This document shows, piece after piece, positions 56,854-64,000 of a stretch of 64,000 nucleotides of DNA. The position numbers were made by a program, and so were the translations under genes. Source of the DNA: Candidatus Campbellbacteria bacterium (GTDB lineage: Bacteria; Patescibacteriota; Minisyncoccia; Phycocordibacterales; EsbW-18); NCBI GenBank assembly GCA_024653945.1, contig JANLIT010000003.1, forward strand, positions 98,936 to 162,935, written 5' to 3'. The notes under the pieces were generated by a model. The model ran no database searches, had not been told where the DNA came from, and saw only the letters and a list, made by a program, of their open reading frames with translations. Within the stretch, counting starts at the first letter, position 1; each line of letters opens with the position of its first letter.

Positions 56854-59181
56854 ATGTCCCGAACGAAAAGCGCCCTGCTCACTACCATTCTTAAACGAAA
56901 TGGTTCTCAAAAACCTTTTGATTCTACAAAAATTGCTCTTGCGGTTGAAAAGGCAATGAAAGCAGCTGGAGAATTTCGTGACGGAGCACCGCAAACGATA
57001 GCTGAGGGTGTTACCAAAAGACTTCTTGAGCGAAAAATGCTCAACAAAATATATACACCAACCGTTGAGAACGTGCAGGATGCTGTTGAAACAGAGTTGA
57101 TGTTCCACAAATTTGGCGCAACAGCAAAAGCGTATATTTTATACCGAGCGGAACGTGCTCGTGTACGCGCTGAGCAAGGAGATGTGCCAGAACATGTGCG
57201 CGCACTTGCCTCTGAGAGTAAAAAATATTTCCATAACAACGCACTTGGTGAGTTTGTATACTTGCGCACCTATGCACGATGGATTGAATCAGAAAATAGA
57301 CGCGAGACGTGGGTAGAAACAGTGGACCGCTATGTATCGTTCATGAAAGAAAATCTTGGCGAAAAACTTTCCGCTAAAGAATATGCTGAACTACGAGAAG
57401 CAATACTCAAACAAGAAATTATGCCGTCCATGCGACTCATGCAATTTGCGGGAGAAGCAGCTCGTCGATGTAACACGTGCGCATACAACTGCACATTTAC
57501 CGCACCAACAAAACTGGAGGATTTCGCTGAAATTATGTACCTCTCTATGCAGGGATGTGGGGTTGGGTTTGCAGTTGAAAGTCAAAACATTGAACAACTT
57601 CCCCAGATACAAAAGCAAGGTAGAAAAAAATTGCCATCCCACGTCATTGTTGACTCAAAAGAGGGTTGGTGTGACGCCTTGACGTTGGGATTACAGACAT
57701 GGTACTCCGGTCGCGATATTGAATTTGATTTCTCACAAATCCGTCCAGCCGGTTCGCGTCTTAAGGTTATGGGTGGCAAAGCATCCGGTCCAGAACCACT
57801 TCGTTCTCTTCTTGCATTTGCACGCGAAAGAATATTTAAACGACAAGGTCGTCGCCTGCGACCAATTGATGCACACGATATCATCTGTAAAATCGGTGAA
57901 TGTGTTGTTTCAGGAGGTGTACGCCGAACAGCAATGATTAGCTTATCTGACCTTGATGACTCTGACTTGCGTGATGCTAAAAAGGGGCAGTTTTTCAATA
58001 CAGAGCCGTACCGTTCAGTGGCAAACAACTCCGCTGTGTACGAAACAAAACCGTCCAATACAGAGCTCATGGAGGAGTGGGTGGCACTCATGAAAAGTAA
58101 CTCTGGAGAGCGCGGAATATTTAACCGCGGTGCACTTGCAAATACAATGCCAAAACGACGAGTTGCATATTTTCAGAAGGTTGGTTTTATTAATGACGAT
58201 GGTGTAGTGCAGGGACCGATTGGACCCAATCCATGCGGAGAAATTATTCTCCAATCAAAACAGTTCTGTAACTTGTCGGAAGTAATTGCTCGTGCGGATG
58301 ACACACCCGAAAGCCTAGTTCGCAAGGCACGCTTGGCTTCCATTCTCGGTACGTATCAAGCATCACTCACCAACTTCAAATATATTTCAAAGGACTGGAC
58401 CAAACATTGTAGGGATGAGGCATTGTTGGGCGTTTCTGTAACTGGTCAATGGGACTGTGAGGCATCACGTCAACCGGAAACACTGCGTGCTATGCGAGAC
58501 ACGGCAGTTAAAACAAATGCAGTGTATGCAAAACGCTTTGGTATTAAGCCATCAATGTCAGTTACGGCAGTCAAACCATCAGGAAACGTTTCACAAACAT
58601 TTAACTGCTCATCGGGTATTCATCCTCGCCATTCAAAGTACTACATTCGCCGTGTACGAATTTCCATAGCAGACTCACTCTTCAAAATGCTACGTGACCA
58701 AGGAGTACCTTATTACCCGGAAGTTGGTCAAACACTTGAGAATGCAACAACGTATGTACTTGAGTTTCCTGTTGAATCACCTGAAAGTTCCAAATTCAAA
58801 GACGACTTTACGGCATTGGAACAACTTGAGTATTGGAAAAATGTAAAACTCAATTACACGGAACATAACCCGTCTGCAACCATTTCTGTTGGTGAAGATG
58901 AGTGGATTAGTGTTGTAGATTGGATTCAAAAAAACTGGGAGATTATTGGCGGACTTTCCTTTCTTCCACGATTTGATCATGTGTACCAACTTGCACCATA
59001 TGAAGAAATAAACAAGAAGCGATATGAAGAGCTTGTTGCTGCCTTTCCTGATGTTGATTACTCCAAACTACTTACCTATGAACTCACCGACGGAACGGAG
59101 CAGAAAAAAGAACTTGCGTGCGTCGGTGGTCTCTGTGAAATTGACATGCCAACTGAGACGACAAAATCAGTAAGCGCGTAA
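56854..59181 (+). CDS. nrdJ: Ribonucleotide reductase, class II (adenosylcobalamin-dependent) with N-terminal ATP cone
   Basis: ATP cone (KRNGSQKPFDSTKIALAVEKA); NPCGEI motif characteristic of class II RNRs; C-terminal CVGGLC redox pair. Confidence 0.8.
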   Translation: MSRTKSALLTTILKRNGSQKPFDSTKIALAVEKAMKAAGEFRDGAPQTIAEGVTKRLLERKMLNKIYTPTVENVQDAVETELMFHKFGATAKAYILYRAERARVRAEQGDVPEHVRALASESKKYFHNNALGEFVYLRTYARWIESENRRETWVETVDRYVSFMKENLGEKLSAKEYAELREAILKQEIMPSMRLMQFAGEAARRCNTCAYNCTFTAPTKLEDFAEIMYLSMQGCGVGFAVESQNIEQLPQIQKQGRKKLPSHVIVDSKEGWCDALTLGLQTWYSGRDIEFDFSQIRPAGSRLKVMGGKASGPEPLRSLLAFARERIFKRQGRRLRPIDAHDIICKIGECVVSGGVRRTAMISLSDLDDSDLRDAKKGQFFNTEPYRSVANNSAVYETKPSNTELMEEWVALMKSNSGERGIFNRGALANTMPKRRVAYFQKVGFINDDGVVQGPIGPNPCGEIILQSKQFCNLSEVIARADDTPESLVRKARLASILGTYQASLTNFKYISKDWTKHCRDEALLGVSVTGQWDCEASRQPETLRAMRDTAVKTNAVYAKRFGIKPSMSVTAVKPSGNVSQTFNCSSGIHPRHSKYYIRRVRISIADSLFKMLRDQGVPYYPEVGQTLENATTYVLEFPVESPESSKFKDDFTALEQLEYWKNVKLNYTEHNPSATISVGEDEWISVVDWIQKNWEIIGGLSFLPRFDHVYQLAPYEEINKKRYEELVAAFPDVDYSKLLTYELTDGTEQKKELACVGGLCEIDMPTETTKSVSA

Positions 59182-59191
59182 CACAACTCAG

Positions 59192-59728
59192 TTAATATGA
59201 AGGTGCTTGTTCGTGTGCGCCAGCCCTCCATGCTGCATATCGTGCGAGTGCGTAGAGCACGCTTGAGAGTCGGTTGAGATAGATACTTGTCTCTGAAGAT
59301 ATGAGTTTTTGGTGGTGTGCAGAAATAACGCGTCGCTCTGCTCTGCGTGACACCGCACGAGTAAAATCAAGAAGACCTGAGAGTTCTGTCCCCCCAGCAA
59401 TGAGAAAGGTTTTTGGACTCCCAATAAGTGCCTCAATGTCCCCTGATACACCCTCCAGCCACACCACGTGCTCGTGAGAGATGGTTTTATCTGCCCCAGC
59501 AAGTTCTGCTTGTACGATAAAGAGGTGCTCCTGAATCTGATGGAGTATGGATGCAAGGGAAATTGTGCCAGTGTCTTGTGTGTGTGCTATCGCAAAACAA
59601 ACACCGAGCAATGAGTTAAGTTCATCAACTGTGCCAAGCGCCTCAAAAAGAGGGCTATCTTTAGAGAGACGATCTTTTGTTCCAAATAATCCCGATGTAC
59701 CATCATCACCTTTTCTTGTAAATAACAT
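59192..59728 (-). CDS. PduO-type ATP:cob(I)alamin adenosyltransferase
   Basis: MLFTRKGDDGTSGLFGTKDRLSKDSPLFEALGTVDELNSLLG is the canonical PduO/MMAB N-terminus. Confidence 0.85.
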   Translation of the reverse strand: MLFTRKGDDGTSGLFGTKDRLSKDSPLFEALGTVDELNSLLGVCFAIAHTQDTGTISLASILHQIQEHLFIVQAELAGADKTISHEHVVWLEGVSGDIEALIGSPKTFLIAGGTELSGLLDFTRAVSRRAERRVISAHHQKLISSETSIYLNRLSSVLYALARYAAWRAGAHEQAPSY

Positions 59729-59735
59729 ATGTGTA

Positions 59736-61400
59736 TTAGACGCTCTTAGTTTTTTTCAAGCGTCTTTTTGTTGCAGCTATAATAAAAGCACTGAATAGCG
59801 GGTGTGGGGACGTCGGCCGTGCTTTAAATTCTGGATGAAATTGTGTACCAAGAAAAAAAGGATGGACTGATTTTGGTAGTTCAACAATTTCCATGAGTTT
59901 TCCATCGGGGGAACGTCCAGAAAAAACAAGTCCCGCCCTCTCAAGTTCTGATATGTAGTCTAGGTTTACTTCATAGCGATGACGGTGTCGTTCAGAAATT
60001 TTTAATGTGGTATATGCACGAGCAGCAATACTTCCTTTTTGCAAATTCGCTTGATACGCACCCAATCGCATTGTTGCACCATAGTGCCCTGCTTTCAAAA
60101 GCTCCTTCTGCTCTGGCAAAATATCAATAACGGGATGTGTGGTGTTTTTAGCAATTTCTGTTGTGTGTGCGTCGTTCCATTTGAGAATATGTCTTGCTGA
60201 TTCTACAACAGCCAACTGCATTCCATAACATAAACCAAAAAACGGAATGTGGTGTTCCCGTACATACTTGATAACAGCGATTTTTCCCTCAACACCAGAG
60301 GAACCAAAACCTCCAGGTACGATAACACCGTCAAAAGAGCCCACTTTTCTTAATAATGAAACATCTTGTTCAAAATGTTTTGCATTTAACCACGTGAGCT
60401 TTGGTGTATATCCAAGCGTCCACGCCGATATTTTGATTGCCTCAATAACTGATATGTACGAATCAGCAAGAGTGAAGTCACCTGTATCAAAATACTTTCC
60501 AACAATAGCAATAGAAATTTCTTTTTTTGCGCGATTTTTTTTGTGCACGAACGTCTGCCAATCACGCAAGTCATTTTTCTTGTGGGACAACCCGAGATGT
60601 TTTAAGAGTAGATTGCCAATATGGTCCTTATCAAAATTCAAAGGAACATCATAAATACTTTTAACATCTGGTGCTGAAATAACGTGCGCCGGAGGAATCA
60701 TACATCCCGCAGCAAGCTTCTCTCGTCGCTTGGTGTCCATAACAACATCACTTCGCGCAATAATAAAATCTGCCTGTACACCGTATGAATTTAATGCCTG
60801 TGCAGCGATACGAGTAGGGCGTGTCTTCATTTCACCAATACTTTTTGGCATTGGTACGTAACTAACAAGAACAAAGACGACATCGTTGGGATGCTCAATT
60901 TTCATGACTCGGGCAGCTTCAATAAAAAGTGTATTTTGATAGTCACCGATTGTTCCACCAATCTCAACCACAGTGACATCAGACCGCCCATGCCGCTTTG
61001 CGTGGGTAATTTTGTCTGTTATTTCATTCACGATATCAGGCATTGCTTCAACACACTTCCCCCCATATCCAAGAGCACGTTCACGTGTTAATACGTTGTA
61101 GTACACCATACCACTCGTTACGTAATCCTCCGTGACAGCGTCAACTCCTAAAAAGCGTTCGTAGTTCCCCATGTCTTGGTCCGTTTCAAGTCCAGAATTA
61201 AGTACAAATGTTTCACCGTGTTCTGTTGGATTCATGGTGCCAGCATCAACGTTAAGATACGGGTCAACTTTCATAAGATTAACCCTATACCCTTTTCCTT
61301 GAAGGATTTTACCAATGGAGGCAGTGGTGATTCCTTTACCGATACCCGACATGACACCCCCGATAACAAAAATATATTTGTGTCGGTGACGGAGGGTCAT
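59736..61400 (-). CDS. pyrG: CTP synthase
   Basis: IFVIGGVMSGIGKG N-terminus; C-terminal GATase (GLCYGMQ). Confidence 0.95.
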   Translation of the reverse strand: MTLRHRHKYIFVIGGVMSGIGKGITTASIGKILQGKGYRVNLMKVDPYLNVDAGTMNPTEHGETFVLNSGLETDQDMGNYERFLGVDAVTEDYVTSGMVYYNVLTRERALGYGGKCVEAMPDIVNEITDKITHAKRHGRSDVTVVEIGGTIGDYQNTLFIEAARVMKIEHPNDVVFVLVSYVPMPKSIGEMKTRPTRIAAQALNSYGVQADFIIARSDVVMDTKRREKLAAGCMIPPAHVISAPDVKSIYDVPLNFDKDHIGNLLLKHLGLSHKKNDLRDWQTFVHKKNRAKKEISIAIVGKYFDTGDFTLADSYISVIEAIKISAWTLGYTPKLTWLNAKHFEQDVSLLRKVGSFDGVIVPGGFGSSGVEGKIAVIKYVREHHIPFFGLCYGMQLAVVESARHILKWNDAHTTEIAKNTTHPVIDILPEQKELLKAGHYGATMRLGAYQANLQKGSIAARAYTTLKISERHRHRYEVNLDYISELERAGLVFSGRSPDGKLMEIVELPKSVHPFFLGTQFHPEFKARPTSPHPLFSAFIIAATKRRLKKTKSV

Positions 61401-61406
61401 GGTGTG

Positions 61407-62333
61407 TTATGCACGAAGATACCGACGAACAGCGAGATAACTTGAGATTGCACCAAGAAAAATTCCAGCAGCAAGAATAATGAGAAACATCTCTCCAAAA
61501 TTGCTTACGTAATATTCAAACAAGTTCATTGCACCAAAAAATTCTTTGGTAAATGGCCCAATCCAGTACGTCAGAGGGTAAAAGAGTGCAAGGACAAGTA
61601 TTCCAGACACAATACCATACATAACACCCTCAACAACAAATGGTCCACGCACATACATATTTCCAGCACCGACAAGGCGCATAACTGAAATCTCTTCGCG
61701 TGCAGTGTAAATCGCAAGCCGAATAGTATTGAATGTAATAATGAGGGAGAGAACAATAAGAATCACACTGAGAGCAAGTCCGAGTCGTTCTGCTGAATTA
61801 ATGATATTACTTAATTTTTCTATAACCACCTTATTATCGTTATAGTTTACTTTTTGAATGATAACATTATTACTACTTCCGAGAGATGCTGGACTATCTA
61901 AGAACGCCGCGACAGCCTCATATTGAGATGTCTCCTTTGCGCGAATATTAAATACCGCACCAAGTGGGTTATCATCCAACTCTTGAAGTGCGCCGAGAAT
62001 TGTTTGGTCGTCTTTGTGTCGCTCCTGAAATGCTACAAGAGCTTGTTCGCGTGTAACATACCCAACGGTTGCCACCTCAGGAAGTGCTTCAAGAGCTCCT
62101 TTAAGCTTTAAAATATCGGTCTCTGTGGCGTCCGTCAAAAAGTACACATTCACATCAACTTTTTCTTTCAATTGCAGCAGTGATGCATTCAATATTGCTC
62201 CAGAAAAAATAACTGCTCCGAGAGTAAACAGTGTTACCACCATAATCAGGACAGAGGCGAGCGACACAAAACCGTTGCGCCAAAAATTCACAAATCCCGC
62301 TTTCAGTATTCTTTTTGTGTTAATCCAAAACAT
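61407..62333 (-). CDS. ftsX: Cell division permease FtsX
   Basis: 4-transmembrane FtsX topology with periplasmic loop; downstream of ftsE; start set at ATG 62333. Confidence 0.8.
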   Translation of the reverse strand: MFWINTKRILKAGFVNFWRNGFVSLASVLIMVVTLFTLGAVIFSGAILNASLLQLKEKVDVNVYFLTDATETDILKLKGALEALPEVATVGYVTREQALVAFQERHKDDQTILGALQELDDNPLGAVFNIRAKETSQYEAVAAFLDSPASLGSSNNVIIQKVNYNDNKVVIEKLSNIINSAERLGLALSVILIVLSLIITFNTIRLAIYTAREEISVMRLVGAGNMYVRGPFVVEGVMYGIVSGILVLALFYPLTYWIGPFTKEFFGAMNLFEYYVSNFGEMFLIILAAGIFLGAISSYLAVRRYLRA

Positions 62334-62347
62334 AATAGTTACATTAA

Positions 62348-62469
62348 GCACGAAATCCGAATGTCGAAATCCGAAATAATATCTAATTTTTAAATTTAAA
62401 ATTTTTAAACATTTGGATATTCATACATTTTTATTTGTTTCGATTTTCGTGCTTCGATATTCGAATTTT
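62348..62469. repeat. Inverted-repeat element built from TTTCGR heptads, copy 2 (between ftsE and ftsX)
   Basis: Left arm GCACGAAATCCGAATGTCGAAATCCGAAATAATA, right arm TTTCGATTTTCGTGCTTCGATATTCGAATTTT; the right arm overlaps the ftsE stop; the left arm ends 15 nt before the ftsX ATG. Confidence 0.6.
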
Positions 62470-63157
62470 ATAAGACGTACCTTCCCTCCTTATCATCACG
62501 TACCACACGCCCTTTCTCCATTGTAATAACGCGCTTACCCAAACTATCAATAATGCCTTTGTTGTGTGTCGTCAAAAGAACTGTCGTTCCTAAATCATTA
62601 ATCTTTTTCAAAATCTGAACAACTTCATACGAGTTGAGCGGGTCGAGGTTTCCTGTTGGTTCATCTGCCACAAGCACGTCTGGTTGATTCACAATTGCCC
62701 GTGCAATGGCAAGGCGTTGTTTTTCTCCTCCGGACATTTGATTAGGAAATTTCCATGCTTTATCAAGAAGTCCAACGAGTTCAAGTGCGTACGGCACATC
62801 GCTCTCAATATCTACATCATTACGTCCTGCAGCTTCCATTGCAAATGCAATATTTTCAAATGCTGTTTTGTACGGAAGGAGACGAAAATCCTGAAAAATC
62901 ATTCCTATTTTACGTCGTAGGGCACTAATCTCACGACGAGACAACGAATGAATATCAACGTTTCCGAAGGAAACTGATCCCCCTGTTGGACGTTCTTCGG
63001 CAAGCAAAAGTTTGAGAAGCGTCGTCTTTCCCGCCCCCGAGTGTCCCACAATAGAAACAAATTCGCTTGGCTCTATGGTAAAAGTTACCTCTTGGAGTGC
63101 CTTTGAGTCATCCGAGTATATTTTACTAACATTATCAAATGAAATCATGTGCATCAT
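62468..63157 (-). CDS. ftsE: Cell division ATP-binding protein FtsE
   Basis: Walker A GHSGAGKTT; signature LSGGEKQR; Walker B. Confidence 0.9.
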   Translation of the reverse strand: MMHMISFDNVSKIYSDDSKALQEVTFTIEPSEFVSIVGHSGAGKTTLLKLLLAEERPTGGSVSFGNVDIHSLSRREISALRRKIGMIFQDFRLLPYKTAFENIAFAMEAAGRNDVDIESDVPYALELVGLLDKAWKFPNQMSGGEKQRLAIARAIVNQPDVLVADEPTGNLDPLNSYEVVQILKKINDLGTTVLLTTHNKGIIDSLGKRVITMEKGRVVRDDKEGRYVL

Positions 63158-63169
63158 ATATGGGTGAAA

Positions 63170-64000
63170 TTAAGCAACCTGAGAATTCGTTTGCATCTTT
63201 TTATGAGCATCAATGAACTCATCGATATCTCCGTCTTGAAGCACTTTGTCGGTATTGTTGACTTCAACGCCCGTTCGGTGGTCTTTTACCATTTTGTAAG
63301 GATGCAATACATACGAACGTATTTGATTTCCCCACTCAGCGTCCGTTGTTGCTGAAATTGAAAGTCCGCGCGCGCGCAACAACTTCTCTTCCTGCTCCTT
63401 ATGATACAACTTTCCACGCAAAATTTCTAGTGCATAAGCACGATTTTGCGCTTGACTACGTTGTGTAGCGACATGTACTGCTATTCCTGTTGGCCTGTGA
63501 ACGATACGCACAGCGGTTTCCCGTTTGTTGACATTTTGTCCACCCGGTCCTCCAGCACGTGTAAATTGAATATCAATATCTGTCTCTGGAATTTCCAGTT
63601 CGTGCTCATCTTCAAGCCTCGGCAATACTTCAACCATCACAAATGATGTGTGTCGTTGTTGTTTTGCATTAAAGGGCGAGATACGCACCAAACGGTGCAC
63701 ACCTTCTTCGTGTTTGAGTTCACCATATGCTCCCTTTCCCTGCACTTCAAACGTGATATTTCGGATACCCCCGTGGTCATTTTCATTTTGGTGCATCACG
63801 ACATGGTCCCACCCATTACGCCCCAGATAGGCAAGATACATACCTGTGAGCATTCGGGCAAAATCTTCCGCATCAAGGCCTCCGGCACCAGAAAAAATCG
63901 TTACAATAGCGTTTCCGTTGTCGTGTCTTTCCTTTCCCTCGACTTGAAGTTTTAATTCTTGATACTCCTTGAGCACGGCTTGGGCGCTTTCTTTGTCATT
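63170..64000 (-). CDS. prfB: Peptide chain release factor 2 (5' end and expected programmed-frameshift site beyond the window)
   Basis: SPF tripeptide (RF2-specific), GGQ, and the [13 protein letters not shown]-domain motif; the frame stays open to the window edge. Confidence 0.85.
   Translation of the reverse strand, partial: NDKESAQAVLKEYQELKLQVEGKERHDNGNAIVTIFSGAGGLDAEDFARMLTGMYLAYLGRNGWDHVVMHQNENDHGGIRNITFEVQGKGAYGELKHEEGVHRLVRISPFNAKQQRHTSFVMVEVLPRLEDEHELEIPETDIDIQFTRAGGPGGQNVNKRETAVRIVHRPTGIAVHVATQRSQAQNRAYALEILRGKLYHKEQEEKLLRARGLSISATTDAEWGNQIRSYVLHPYKMVKDHRTGVEVNNTDKVLQDGDIDEFIDAHKKMQTNSQVA

Noticed and set aside
1-64000. CRISPR arrays, rRNA genes, transposase/integrase genes
   Set aside because: I looked for regularly spaced direct repeats, rRNA-like conserved stretches and DDE or tyrosine-recombinase ORFs and found none. 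The only repeats are the dispersed elements reported above.
63976-64000. RF2 programmed +1 frameshift site (CUU UGA C)
   Set aside because: It is expected upstream of the LSGE-like motif, but the reading frame is still open at the window edge. The site must lie beyond position 64000 and cannot be assessed here.

Overview
This 64 kb window looks like a gene-dense, low-GC bacterial chromosome segment (roughly 40-45% GC by eye), with short intergenic regions, many small membrane proteins and cell-wall-remodelling enzymes. That gene complement is compatible with a small-genome Patescibacteria/CPR-like organism, but this is inference from gene content only. Recognisable housekeeping genes include pyrD, dnaX, serS, dprA, topA, rel/spoT, parB, miaA, htpX, lemA, groES-groEL, secG, RNase J, metG, an ABC-F ATPase, pyrG, ftsEX and prfB (5' end runs off the window). 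Also present are a sortase fused to peptidoglycan-binding repeats, M23 and tandem M14 peptidases, a class II (B12-dependent) ribonucleotide reductase next to a PduO-type cobalamin adenosyltransferase, a family-5 substrate-binding protein, MFS/ZIP/VIT1/NhaC transporters and several DedA/TVP38-like proteins. There are four intact tRNAs: Gln-UUG, Leu-CAA, Ser-GGA and Gln-CUG. The most unusual content is non-coding. (1) Both tRNA-Gln genes are preceded by a homologous ~110-nt leader with a covarying hairpin. (2) A ~115-120 bp inverted-repeat element built from TTTCGR heptads occurs twice, each time exactly filling the gap upstream of the start codon of a minus-strand gene (htpX, ftsX). (3) A 34-nt direct repeat precedes both the CYTH and HD phosphohydrolase genes. 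(4) A conserved stem-loop family followed by a GTATACT -10-like box occurs after topA and after the flavoprotein gene. (5) The tRNA-Ser locus carries a split/duplicated tRNA-Ser paralog, a GNRA hairpin and an adjacent AT-rich islet (SRPBCC, NhaC, YHS proteins). (6) A GC-rich ~430 bp ORF-free structured region lies upstream of an lmo0937-family mini-gene. (7) A tRNA-Leu 3'-end direct repeat sits next to a perfect 13-bp hairpin. (8) Two GC-rich micro-genes on the plus strand have their own terminators. (9) An MsrB homolog has its catalytic Cys replaced by Val and is fused to a transmembrane segment and a Ser/Thr-rich tail. No CRISPR array, rRNA, or transposase/integrase gene was seen.
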